Below, one piece after another: positions 40,263-50,139 of a stretch of 64,000 bases of DNA. The stretch is from the NCBI GenBank assembly GCA_963714795.1, contig CAVQPS010000009.1, positions 806,709 through 870,708 on the forward strand, in the 5' to 3' direction. The position numbers were made by a program, and so were the translations under genes. Under the pieces are notes generated by a model. That model had not been told where the DNA came from and made no database searches. It was given only the letters and a program-made list of their open reading frames with translations. How positions within the stretch are numbered: the first letter of the stretch is position 1; every line of letters starts with the position of its first letter. Source of the DNA: an uncultured Ignavibacteriales bacterium (GTDB lineage: Bacteria; Bacteroidota; Ignavibacteria; UBA10030; SZUA-254).

Positions 40263-41246
40263 ATGCCGTATATTGACGATGCAAACTGTGCATTTCAATT
40301 CGGCATGATGAAAACATTTGACCTTGCAATAGCGTGGAATTGGGAGTTTGATGACGATTTCGTTACCGGAATCGAACATCAATGCGCTGTGCGCGGTATT
40401 TCCACTTACCGCATCGATCCGAACAATCTCGCCGAAACAATCCACAACGTGCGATCGGGACATCTCGGATTTCGTTCTTTATTTGACCGTGCTTCCGATG
40501 CCGATACGGAATTTCTTCAACTCGTTCGATTGCTGAAACAACCGTCGGTGTTTGTCATCAATCCGCATGAGAATGTCGTGCAGGCAATCGATAAGTCGAC
40601 GATGCACCTTACGCTGATTACAAACGGTATTCATGTTCCGAACAGCATCATTCTCCCGCCGTTCCGGACGAACGGAACGGTCAAATTACAGCAAAGTGAT
40701 CTCGACCGGGTCGGTATTCCGTTCGTCATCAAACCGGCGAATACGACCGGCGGCGGTACCGGCGTCGTTATGCAGGCGCGGACGCTCAATGATGTTCTGA
40801 CTGCCCGCATGACTCACGCGGATGATACCTATCTTGTTCAGGAAACTATTGTTCCGCAAATGCTCGAAGGAAAACGAGCGTGGTTCCGTGCGTATTGTAT
40901 ATTCCATGAAAATATTATTTGCTGGTGGGATGATACGACGCATGCATATACCGAAATGATGCCGGACGACGAGCAACGCCACGGCCTTGCCGGCATTCGC
41001 GATATTATGAAAACGATCCAGCGTACATGCAAGCTCGATTTTTTTTCTTCCGAAATTGCCGTGACGGATGAACGAAAATTTATCGTCGTCGATTATGTGA
41101 ATGAAGTATGCGATATGCGCCTGCAATCGAAATATGCCAACGGAGCGCCGGATGCCGTCGTCCATAAAATTGAAATGCTGATCGCCGACAGAGTAGCGCA
41201 CCATACAGGCAAACCGGAAGGCATCGTAACCGGACATGATTATTAA
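40263..41246 (+). CDS. ATP-grasp fold protein (RimK/glutathione-synthetase-like). The start may be the internal Met at about 40305.
   Basis: GIPFVIKPANTTGGGTGVVM (P-loop-like of ATP-grasp) and YLVQETIVPQ. Its stop overlaps the next gene. Confidence 0.6.
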   Translation: MPYIDDANCAFQFGMMKTFDLAIAWNWEFDDDFVTGIEHQCAVRGISTYRIDPNNLAETIHNVRSGHLGFRSLFDRASDADTEFLQLVRLLKQPSVFVINPHENVVQAIDKSTMHLTLITNGIHVPNSIILPPFRTNGTVKLQQSDLDRVGIPFVIKPANTTGGGTGVVMQARTLNDVLTARMTHADDTYLVQETIVPQMLEGKRAWFRAYCIFHENIICWWDDTTHAYTEMMPDDEQRHGLAGIRDIMKTIQRTCKLDFFSSEIAVTDERKFIVVDYVNEVCDMRLQSKYANGAPDAVVHKIEMLIADRVAHHTGKPEGIVTGHDY

Positions 41247-44200
41247 TGATATTCCCCGTATGAAAATTTCTCTGACCCGGTTTCCCCAATTATCGCAACA
41301 GGATGTTCGGCAGTATCCGCGATATGAATTTCATATTCGGGCTGAAGTCCGGAAAAAATATGAATTTGATGATTCGTTGTACGGCATTACCGGCAACGTT
41401 ATCTTTCCGAACTTTCGCGCCGTTCGTGTTTTTGCTCAGAAAATGAACGCTCGTCGCGATCTTCGGCATCATCCGGAACAAACCGTCAAAGCCGGGCATC
41501 TCAACGCCATGGGATTGATCGATGAAATATTTCATCACCTGTTGCGCGTTTACGAAGAGACAGTCAACCCGAACGTCTTTGCGCGTGCGTTAAAACATCT
41601 TGACGGAACCGTCGACCATTCATCGGTCCTTTCGACTCTGAAGGAATTTATCGATGAGTTCCCCCCCATTGATGTTCATCGAAACATTATCCACCGCGAT
41701 AAATATCTCAAAGCGAAAACCGGGAATAAACCTCATCCCGAAATCACACTTGAAGAAATTATTTTACTTTCACTTGCCAATTTCAATCCGGCATTTGTAC
41801 CGTTCAAAGAATTATTTCAGGATGAACGATTGCGGAATGATACGAAGTATTCCGTTATCCTGCAGGAACTGGAAAAATTCTTCCGTTCCGAAAAACCGTT
41901 CGGTACTCAGGGAATAACGGTGCTGGACCTTCTTCGTGCACCGATACTTGCATGTCCGGACAGTCTGGAAGGACAACTTTCGTACATCAAACAGCATTGG
42001 GGATTGCTGTTGGGCGACCGGTTCCTGAAAAAGCTTCTTGGCGCCCACGATCTCATCGAGGAAGAATCAAAACTTATTTTTTCGGGCGGCGATGTGCCGA
42101 CAGTTGTGCCGACGTATACATCTGCCGATGGTTTCAAGGCAATCGATCTTGAGCGATTTACATCCGATCTCGAATGGATGCCGAAAGTTGTACTGATAAC
42201 AAAGAATACATATGTCTGGCTCGATCAGTTATCAAAAAAATACCGACGATCGATTACGAAGCTGAATGAAATACCGGACGAAGAACTCGACCGGCTTGCC
42301 CGCTGGAATTTTACAAGCTTGTGGCTGATCGGCATCTGGGAACGAAGTTCTGCATCACAAAAGATCAAACAGATGACCGGCAATCCGGAAGCCGTTGCCT
42401 CGGCATATTCAATTTACGATTACGTGATTGCAAACGATCTTGGCGGCGAGGAAGCATTCCAGCATCTCCGGCACCGTGCATGGGCGCGCGGCATCCGGCT
42501 TGCCGGCGATATGGTGCCGAATCACGTCGGCATTTATTCAAAATGGGTAGTCGAGCATCCCGATTATTTTATTCAATCCGACTACCGGCCGTTTCCGAAT
42601 TATCAATTTAACGGTGAGAATCTTTCGGAGCATGCCGATGTCGATATCCGGATCGAAGACGGTTACTGGAACAGAAGCGATGCAGCGGTGGCTTTTCAAC
42701 GGGTGGATAAACGAACGGGGAACGTGCGGTACCTGTATCACGGCAACGACGGAACGAATATGCCGTGGAACGACACGGCACAACTCAATTTTTTGCGCGC
42801 CGAGGTTCGTGAAGCGGTTATCCAGATGATCTTTCATGTAGCGAGAAAATTTTCCGTCATCCGTTTCGATGCGGCGATGGTGCTGGCAAAAAAACATTTC
42901 CAGCGATTATGGTTTCCGCCACCCGGCGCCGGCGGGGCAATTCCGTCGCGTGCCGATTACGCTATCGCAACGGAAGAATTCAACCGGCTCTTTCCGAATG
43001 AGTTCTGGCGCGAGGTGGTCGACCGTATCAACAGCGAAATGCCGAATACGTTACTGCTTGCCGAAGCGTTCTGGCTGCTCGAAGGATATTTTGTCCGCAC
43101 GTTGGGCATGCATCGCGTATACAACAGCGCATTTATGCACATGCTGATGAAAGAAGAGAATGCAAAATACCGTGAACTGATCCGGAACACACTGCATTTC
43201 AATCCGGAAATCCTGAAACGGTACGTCAATTTTATGAGCAATCCGGATGAACAAACTGCCATCGCACAATTCGGAAAAGATGATAAATATTTCGGTGTTG
43301 CCGTTTTGCTGGTGACGTTGCCGGGACTTCCGATGTTTGCCCACGGTCAGATCGATGGATTCACTGAAAAATACGGCATGGAATATAAACGCGCCTATTA
43401 TAAAGAAGAATCGGATGAGCATTTAGTGCGGAGGCATGAGGCGGAAATTTTTCCCATCATGCAAAAGCGACATCTGTTCAGCCAGATGACCGATTTCGAA
43501 CTGTATGATTTTATCGACACGAACGGTAACCTCAATGAAAATGTCTTTGCCTATTCCAATATGGCCGGCGACGAACGCGCGCTGATTTGTTATCATAATA
43601 AATATGAGGAAACCGCAGGATGGATTATGCACTCGGTCGGGAAAACGACCTCCACGACCGGTGATGAAGAGGGAAAAAAAGTTATCCGGCGCACGCTTGG
43701 TCAGGCATTGCACATTCGCCGGGAAGATGCTTATTTCTATATTTTTAAAGATCATAAAACAAATCTGGAATTTATCCGATCCGGGATCGAGCTTCATGAT
43801 CGGGGACTATTTGTCGAGTTGAAAGCATTTCACTATCATATCTTCCTCGATTTCCGGGAAGTTCATGACACAACAGGAGAATATCAATCTCTTGCGCATC
43901 ACCTGAACGGAAACGGTGTTGCCAATATCAATAGTGCATTACGCAATCTCAAACTTGCCCCGTTGCATCATGCTTTTGAGCAGCTTTTTACCGATGCAGC
44001 ATTCGATCATTTGACAACACTCTGTGCCGAACAGAGCACTTCCAAACAATTGGAAATATCCCGTAAAGCATTATCGTCGATTTATGCCGATTTTCTTGAC
44101 CAACTTCAACAATATGAGCCGAAAAAATTTCCGAAGACGGCTATTCTGAAAAATTTTGAAGATGATGTACGTACTCTTCATATTCTGAATAACCGGCCCT

Positions 44201-44802
44201 TTGCCGACATCGACGCATCGTTTGACAAGAAATTTCAAAAGAGTATGATGTCGATCGACAAAACTGCTGAACAGCGTTTCGGATCGACAGTAATCGAGAT
44301 GGGATTAATCGTATTGAAGCAGTTGGAAATGGTTTCGGTACAACCTGCCGAAAGAATATCTTCCGGGAATGTGTTTGACCGGATCGGGATTGCCGATACA
44401 TTGCGATCGATTTTGGATCAGCGGGATTTTCCCGAGCAGGATCGAAATGGAATCGTACACTTGATCAGAGTTCTTCTCACACAACCGAATCCGATGGATG
44501 GCCCGGCGCAGATGCGGGAAACTGTTCATCGCATACTTGAGCAAGAAACCGTCCAACAGTTTCTCAATGTCAACCGGCATGAAAATATTTTATATTTTAA
44601 TAAAGAACGGTTTGAACTGATGCTTTATTGGTGGTTCTGGTCGGTTTCAATCAGCGTTATCCGGTCATGCAAGATTCCGGAAGCGAATAAAATTCTTGCA
44701 CAAACAATGAAGGTCGCCGAAAAGCTCCATCATTCTGCGGAAATATCCGGATTTAAGCTGGATGATTTTCGGAATGAACTTGTAAAGCTTCATGTCAAAT
44801 AA
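41236..44802 (+). CDS. Large (1188 aa) GH13-family (alpha-amylase superfamily) multidomain protein
   Basis: GH13 regions: YSIYDYV...GGEEAFQHLRHRAWARGIRLAGDMVPNHVG (region I), VIRFDAAMVLAKKHF (region II, catalytic Asp), LLAEAFWL (region III, Glu), FMSNPDEQT (region IV). Confidence 0.75.
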   Translation: MIINDIPRMKISLTRFPQLSQQDVRQYPRYEFHIRAEVRKKYEFDDSLYGITGNVIFPNFRAVRVFAQKMNARRDLRHHPEQTVKAGHLNAMGLIDEIFHHLLRVYEETVNPNVFARALKHLDGTVDHSSVLSTLKEFIDEFPPIDVHRNIIHRDKYLKAKTGNKPHPEITLEEIILLSLANFNPAFVPFKELFQDERLRNDTKYSVILQELEKFFRSEKPFGTQGITVLDLLRAPILACPDSLEGQLSYIKQHWGLLLGDRFLKKLLGAHDLIEEESKLIFSGGDVPTVVPTYTSADGFKAIDLERFTSDLEWMPKVVLITKNTYVWLDQLSKKYRRSITKLNEIPDEELDRLARWNFTSLWLIGIWERSSASQKIKQMTGNPEAVASAYSIYDYVIANDLGGEEAFQHLRHRAWARGIRLAGDMVPNHVGIYSKWVVEHPDYFIQSDYRPFPNYQFNGENLSEHADVDIRIEDGYWNRSDAAVAFQRVDKRTGNVRYLYHGNDGTNMPWNDTAQLNFLRAEVREAVIQMIFHVARKFSVIRFDAAMVLAKKHFQRLWFPPPGAGGAIPSRADYAIATEEFNRLFPNEFWREVVDRINSEMPNTLLLAEAFWLLEGYFVRTLGMHRVYNSAFMHMLMKEENAKYRELIRNTLHFNPEILKRYVNFMSNPDEQTAIAQFGKDDKYFGVAVLLVTLPGLPMFAHGQIDGFTEKYGMEYKRAYYKEESDEHLVRRHEAEIFPIMQKRHLFSQMTDFELYDFIDTNGNLNENVFAYSNMAGDERALICYHNKYEETAGWIMHSVGKTTSTTGDEEGKKVIRRTLGQALHIRREDAYFYIFKDHKTNLEFIRSGIELHDRGLFVELKAFHYHIFLDFREVHDTTGEYQSLAHHLNGNGVANINSALRNLKLAPLHHAFEQLFTDAAFDHLTTLCAEQSTSKQLEISRKALSSIYADFLDQLQQYEPKKFPKTAILKNFEDDVRTLHILNNRPFADIDASFDKKFQKSMMSIDKTAEQRFGSTVIEMGLIVLKQLEMVSVQPAERISSGNVFDRIGIADTLRSILDQRDFPEQDRNGIVHLIRVLLTQPNPMDGPAQMRETVHRILEQETVQQFLNVNRHENILYFNKERFELMLYWWFWSVSISVIRSCKIPEANKILAQTMKVAEKLHHSAEISGFKLDDFRNELVKLHVK

Positions 44803-44842
44803 TTCTTTTGTGAATATACGTACCAATAAGTAGAGAAAATAT

Positions 44843-46132
44843 ATGCAGGACGTCTTAGCAATCATTTTGGGCGGAGGGCGCGGCGAACGGCTCTACCCGC
44901 TCACGAAACACCGTGCAAAGCCGGCACTTCCGCTTGCCGGGAAATATCGGCTGATCGATATTCCGGTCAGTAACTGTATCAATTCGGGCATATTGCGGAT
45001 TTACGTGCTGACGCAATTTAATTCCGCTTCGCTGAATCAGCATATTGCCAACACGTATCGTTTTTATCCGTTCATGAACGGATTCGTCGACGTGCTTGCC
45101 GCACAACAAACGCCGGTCAGCCCGGATTGGTTTCAGGGAACGGCTGATGCGGTCCGAAAAACGTTGTGGGTGATGGAGCCGTGGAAGGTGAATGATTATC
45201 TCATTCTTTCCGGCGATCATCTGTACCGGATGGATTACCGTCTTTTCATCGAACATCACCGCGCGTCGAATGCCGATGTAACAATTTGTGTCACACCGGT
45301 TCAGGAAAAACTCGCATCCAGTTTCGGTCTGATGAAGATCAACGATAAGGATCGGGTTGTTGAATTCCGGGAAAAGCCGACCGGTTCGACTCTGGAGTCT
45401 ATGAAAGTCGACACGCAAAGACTTGGTCTGGATGCTGTCTCCGCAGCCAAAACACCGTATCTTGCATCGATGGGAATTTATGTGTTCAAACGAAATGTGC
45501 TTATCGAATTATTAAAAAATAATCCCCAGCATACCGATTTTGGCAGGGATGTGATTCCGATGGCAATCGATTCGCACAATGTTTCCGCGTATACGTTTCG
45601 CGGGTATTGGGAAGATATCGGAACGATCGATTCATTTTATCATGCCAATCTCGCGCTCGTACGGCAACCGAATCCGGCATTTAGTTTTTATGACGCGGAT
45701 TTTCCGATTTTTACACGGGCACGGTTTCTTCCGCCGAGTAAAATTTTGAATGGTCAGGTTTCGCAGGCAATGGTTTGCGACGGATGTATTATCAAAAGTC
45801 TGAACATAAAAAATTCCGTCATCGGAGTTCGTTCGCGGCTGGAAGAAGGCTCTCAGTTGGAAAATGTTTTATTGATGGGTGCGGACAATTACCCATCCGA
45901 TGCGGAACGGAATGCCGATCTTGCGTCCGGTATTCCGCCGGTTGGTGTCGGGGAGAATAGTATCATCAAAAATGCCATCATCGATAAAAATGCGCGGATC
46001 GGCAGGGATGTGAAAATTATCAATAAGGATCAAATCCAAAATGTCGAACGTGAAAGCGAAGGGTATTGGATCCGGAACGGTATTATCATTGTCATCAAAG
46101 ATACGATCGTGCCGGATAATACGGTAATTTGA
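44843..46132 (+). CDS. glgC: Glucose-1-phosphate adenylyltransferase
   Basis: [45 protein letters not shown] is diagnostic. A left-handed beta-helix C-terminus. Confidence 0.93.
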   Translation: MQDVLAIILGGGRGERLYPLTKHRAKPALPLAGKYRLIDIPVSNCINSGILRIYVLTQFNSASLNQHIANTYRFYPFMNGFVDVLAAQQTPVSPDWFQGTADAVRKTLWVMEPWKVNDYLILSGDHLYRMDYRLFIEHHRASNADVTICVTPVQEKLASSFGLMKINDKDRVVEFREKPTGSTLESMKVDTQRLGLDAVSAAKTPYLASMGIYVFKRNVLIELLKNNPQHTDFGRDVIPMAIDSHNVSAYTFRGYWEDIGTIDSFYHANLALVRQPNPAFSFYDADFPIFTRARFLPPSKILNGQVSQAMVCDGCIIKSLNIKNSVIGVRSRLEEGSQLENVLLMGADNYPSDAERNADLASGIPPVGVGENSIIKNAIIDKNARIGRDVKIINKDQIQNVERESEGYWIRNGIIIVIKDTIVPDNTVI

Positions 46133-46135
46133 CGT

Positions 46136-47695
46136 ATGGAATTGCCACAACATGTTATTATGGTTGCGGGGGAAAACGACGCGCTCAAAAACGGAAAGGT
46201 TGGCGGCGTCGGCGATGTTATCCGCGATCTTCCGCGCGCACTTGCCGATCTCGGTTGGACGGTGACGGTCATTACGCCGTCGTACGGGTTTCTCCATGTC
46301 GATAATCCTTCCATGCAAATCGATACGGTTCGTTTTCCGTTTGGCGGAAAAACGCTGGAAGGAAGTATGTATGAAGTGACGGCAAGACTTCCGCATCCGG
46401 GTGTTCGCAATTATGTATTCGAGCATTCCGGAATTCGCGGTACTCCGATTTATTTCAACGATCCTCCCGATGAACCGTTCGCTCAGGACGGCACGAAATA
46501 TGCACTCTTTTGTTCGGCGGTCGGCGAATATCTGAAGAAAATTCCTTCGCAATTCATTCTTCACTTGCACGATTGGCATGCGGGAATGCTTCTTTTCCTC
46601 CGGGAAATGCACCCGGACTTTTCACATCTCAAAAAAAATAAAACCGTATTTACGATCCACAATCTTGCTATCCAGGGCAACCGGCCTCTTCTCGGCAAAT
46701 ATGCCACGACGGAACAATGGTTCCCGGAATTATTTCATGATGTGCATTGGATTGAGCAATGGAAAGACCCGCGCTTTCCCGTTCCGAATCTCACACCGAT
46801 GGCGATCGGCATTGGACATGCCGATGCAGTGAATACAGTATCTCCGACATACGCGGAAGAAATTCTGTTGCCCAGTGATCCGAAAAACGGAAAATTTCGC
46901 GGCGAAGGATTGGAAAAAATTCTGCAACAGGCAAAACAGGGAAACCGGCTTTTCGGTATTTTGAACGGGTGTGATTATCCGGAATCCCGGATTCCGCCGA
47001 GAATGTCCTTTCCGGCGCTCTGCGATCTGATTATTGCAGAAGTAAAAAAATGGAATGCCAAGCATGCCGATCCGATGAATGATGAAATTATCGGCCGGGT
47101 TCAAACAATACGAAATCTGAACCCATCGTTATTGTTGACCGGTGTTACGCGGGTAGTCGAACAGAAAATCAAACTGTTGTTCGAAGAGACATCACGCCAA
47201 ACAGTCGTTATCGATGACCTTTGTGAAATGCTTTCGGCAAGCAACGGTGTTTACATGATTCTTGGCACCGGGACCAAGGATTATGAAGATCGTTTGATGG
47301 AACGATTTCGCAAACATGAACGATGTATCTATCTCAAAGGATTTTCTGAAACGATCGGAAACGCATTATATGCCAACGGGACGATTTTTATGATGCCGAG
47401 TTCGTTTGAGCCGTGTGGTATCGGGCAGATGATCGCCATGCGTGACGGCCAGCCGTGTATCGTTCATGCGGTCGGCGGATTGAAAGATACGGTGATCGAT
47501 GGCGTGAATGGGTTTCAATTCTCCGGAAATTCTTTGCGGGAACAAGCCGATCAGTGTCTTGCAGTGACCAAAAAGGCAATCGACATAAAACTGAACAACG
47601 ACAATAAATGGCAAAATGTTGTTGCCGAAGCATTCCGGGCGCGCTTTACCTGGGAAAAAAGTGCAAAAGAGTATGTCGACCTGCTGTACCGATAA
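46136..47695 (+). CDS. glgA: Glycogen/starch synthase (GT5), ADP-glucose type
   Basis: N-terminal KVGGVGDV motif (KxGGL-like). C-terminal GT-B fold with PSSFEPCGIGQM. Confidence 0.88.
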   Translation: MELPQHVIMVAGENDALKNGKVGGVGDVIRDLPRALADLGWTVTVITPSYGFLHVDNPSMQIDTVRFPFGGKTLEGSMYEVTARLPHPGVRNYVFEHSGIRGTPIYFNDPPDEPFAQDGTKYALFCSAVGEYLKKIPSQFILHLHDWHAGMLLFLREMHPDFSHLKKNKTVFTIHNLAIQGNRPLLGKYATTEQWFPELFHDVHWIEQWKDPRFPVPNLTPMAIGIGHADAVNTVSPTYAEEILLPSDPKNGKFRGEGLEKILQQAKQGNRLFGILNGCDYPESRIPPRMSFPALCDLIIAEVKKWNAKHADPMNDEIIGRVQTIRNLNPSLLLTGVTRVVEQKIKLLFEETSRQTVVIDDLCEMLSASNGVYMILGTGTKDYEDRLMERFRKHERCIYLKGFSETIGNALYANGTIFMMPSSFEPCGIGQMIAMRDGQPCIVHAVGGLKDTVIDGVNGFQFSGNSLREQADQCLAVTKKAIDIKLNNDNKWQNVVAEAFRARFTWEKSAKEYVDLLYR

Positions 47696-47755
47696 TGTGA
47701 AATCGTCATTGCTGAGTTTTACCGGAGTTATCTATCATTATTTATTGTTGGTGGA

Positions 47756-48712
47756 ATGAATTGTATGGCATCATTTGCCAACATTCTTCTGTTCTTATTA
47801 TTGTTAAACCGCATTGGTGAGACCGGGAATTCCCACAACCTGCAATCCGGGGGCAGTGGAAATGCAATGGCGACACCAATTTTGATTTCTGCTTCGACGG
47901 GAATGGAAACGGCATGGGATATTCCCCGCGCACCACGTTCGGATTTGCTTCCGCCCGATTCTCTGCTTGCCGGTCGGATCCGGCGCGGCTTTGAAATCTT
48001 TCTCGATACGCCACGTAAAGCTAAACGGTTCTCAGGGAACCAACTTTCCTGCAATAATTGTCATTTAAACGGTGGCCAACGGGAAAAATCAATGCCTCTG
48101 ATTGGCGTTGCCGGAGTTTTTCCCGAATTTAATAAACGGGCGGGCAGGCCGATCAACCTGGAAGATCGTATCATCAATTGTTTCCTGCGAAGCGAAAATG
48201 CAGCCGGTAGTAAAAAAGGAAGCAAGTCTTATCCGGAGCCGAAGTCGGAAGAGGTGGTTGCACTCTCGGCATACATAACATGGCTTTCATCCGGACAATC
48301 CATCGACACTGCTCTTCCGTGGAGAGGGCAAAATATTATTCCGGTAAAAAATATAATTTCTCTTGATAAACTCGACCGGAAGCTGGGAAGAATACTATAC
48401 GGTGAGAAATGCAATACGTGTCATGGAAACGATGGACAGGGAGTTTGGATTGGTGACAAAAAAGCCGGCCCGCTGTGGGGTCCCAATTCGTGGAATGACG
48501 GTGCCGGTGCCGCACGCATATATACACTTGCCGGTATGATTCGTTTTTCGATGCCCTATCTCGATCCGGAAAGTCTTACCGACGAAGAGGCTCAGCACAT
48601 AGCGGCTTATATCGATTCAAAGCCCCGGCCCGTTTTCCCGTTGAAAGATCAGGATTATCCGGGACAAAAGATTCCTGTCGATGCGGTATATTATGTGCAT
48701 TCGAAAAAATAA
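47756..48712 (+). CDS. Diheme c-type cytochrome, thiosulfate dehydrogenase TsdA-like
   Basis: Two CxxCH motifs (CNNCHLNGG, CNTCHGNDG). Context LIGVAGVFPEF...LEDRIINCFLRSENAA and PLWGPNSWNDGAG resemble TsdA. Confidence 0.65.
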   Translation: MNCMASFANILLFLLLLNRIGETGNSHNLQSGGSGNAMATPILISASTGMETAWDIPRAPRSDLLPPDSLLAGRIRRGFEIFLDTPRKAKRFSGNQLSCNNCHLNGGQREKSMPLIGVAGVFPEFNKRAGRPINLEDRIINCFLRSENAAGSKKGSKSYPEPKSEEVVALSAYITWLSSGQSIDTALPWRGQNIIPVKNIISLDKLDRKLGRILYGEKCNTCHGNDGQGVWIGDKKAGPLWGPNSWNDGAGAARIYTLAGMIRFSMPYLDPESLTDEEAQHIAAYIDSKPRPVFPLKDQDYPGQKIPVDAVYYVHSKK

Positions 48713-48741
48713 AAAAGCGCAGTACTGTACTGCGCTTTGTC
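48711..48741. terminator. Bidirectional rho-independent terminator between convergent genes
   Basis: AAAAAA-GCGCAGTAC-TG-TACTGCGC-TTTG: a GC stem flanked by an A-run and a T-run. Confidence 0.75.
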
Positions 48742-48766
48742 GTTCATATACCAAGAGACATCTTGT

Positions 48767-49453
48767 TTAACCGGCGAAACAGTATGTGCAACCGTGTTCT
48801 TGTGCGCGGTTGACGGCGAGAACACCTGACGGGACCAATTGAATTCCCGGCAGGATTCCTGCGATCCATTCCTTTTTCACGTCGGCTGCATCCATTTTCA
48901 TTTCCTTTGCAACCTTCATGGTGTAGACGGTAATTGCCATATCACAAACGCCGAAAAGGACGCCGCGCTTTTGAAGTTGATCGACAGACATATCGGGAAG
49001 CATCAGTTCGCCTGGTTTTGGATTCCAGAATGGGTTACGGAATGCCGGAGATTTTGTCGCTCCATCCGTCACTTTGAAAAGTTCTCCGAATTTGTACTTT
49101 GTCCATAATGTGTCTTCCATGGCAAGAGGGATCGCTTCATGGCGAAGAATGTGGACGGCAGAGAGATCGCCATCAGGGGTTCCCGTATCGTTATACGTGC
49201 TGAGAAATACCCGGACCCATGCAAGCACCAAACCGTCGCGATGAGCGGGCGAATCGAATACCTGACGGTGCTTGCCCTGAATTTTTCCGAGCCAATTCTC
49301 GAAGCCGGAAGTATCGGACCATTTGTGTTCATCAAATGTTTTTGCGGCGGTCCGGAACGGCGAAACTAAATTTGCTACTCCGAGAGCGGCTGCTCCGGCG
49401 GCAACACTTCCCAAAAACCCACGACGGGGCATTGTTTGTGTAGTGTTAAACAT
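48767..49453 (-). CDS. Tat-signal (twin-arginine) exported hypothetical protein
   Basis: Start at 49453 is preceded by GGAGGG. MFNTTQTMPRRGFLGSVAAGAAALGVANL is a Tat motif. C-terminal CTYCFAG. Confidence 0.6.
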   Translation of the reverse strand: MFNTTQTMPRRGFLGSVAAGAAALGVANLVSPFRTAAKTFDEHKWSDTSGFENWLGKIQGKHRQVFDSPAHRDGLVLAWVRVFLSTYNDTGTPDGDLSAVHILRHEAIPLAMEDTLWTKYKFGELFKVTDGATKSPAFRNPFWNPKPGELMLPDMSVDQLQKRGVLFGVCDMAITVYTMKVAKEMKMDAADVKKEWIAGILPGIQLVPSGVLAVNRAQEHGCTYCFAG

Positions 49454-49598
49454 AATTGTACCCTCCGTATATAAAGAACGTGGTAAGAATGATTTGTGAT
49501 TGCGTGGAAAAATAATAAGAAAATAATGAGAATGCAAATAATGAAACCGGGTGCAAACGAGACAAGGAAATCCACATATCTCATTTTTTTAGCGAAAA

Positions 49599-49967
49599 AT
49601 GCCTGTTTTGAAATTTTTGCAGAATGAGGTTGGTGATATGCTATACATTCGAACTTGCCAATGGCTGACGGATTTACTACTTTCACACTCAAATAACGAG
49701 CGGTATATAGTTCATTACTATGGAGAACAAATGGAACAGGAAGAGATTCATAAAGTTGCAACCCTTCTTCGGAGAATAGAAGGATGGCTTTCGTTTATTG
49801 CCTGCTTGATGGTCATTCTCAGTTTACCGAATATCATTGACTTTGCCACGAATCATTACAAAGGATTGAGCTTCGGCATTGCAATGTGGGCTATATTGGG
49901 ATTGTCCGTTTTGATCTTTGTGGTTCTTATCGGTCTCTTTCGTCGGGGCAGGAAAAATTCATTCTAA
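49599..49967 (+). CDS. Hypothetical membrane protein with uncertain start
   Basis: Two C-terminal hydrophobic helices. No motif recognised. Confidence 0.3.
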   Translation: MPVLKFLQNEVGDMLYIRTCQWLTDLLLSHSNNERYIVHYYGEQMEQEEIHKVATLLRRIEGWLSFIACLMVILSLPNIIDFATNHYKGLSFGIAMWAILGLSVLIFVVLIGLFRRGRKNSF

Positions 49968-50080
49968 AACATTTGCTCACCTCGCGGGATTGTTGAATCT
50001 CTCATCGAAAGGGGGGACTGCTCTTGTTGTCCGGGATTCATGAAGCGTCTATTTATCAGTCCCGACTCACAATTTGAAAT

Positions 50081-50123
50081 AAAAAATCCCTCAGGACAAT
50101 AATGCCGCATGTCTCTGGAGGGG
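50081..50123 (-). terminator. Rho-independent terminator of the porin gene (minus strand)
   Basis: On the minus strand: CCCTCCAG...CTGAGGG stem (7 bp, 1-nt bulge, 20-nt loop) followed by ATTTTTTATTT. Confidence 0.55.
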
Positions 50124-50139
50124 TTTCCAAGGAAAAGAT

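Noticed and set aside
45869-46612. 247-aa minus-strand ORF overlapping the glgC/glgA junction
   Set aside because: It overlaps two strongly supported + strand genes and has no motifs.
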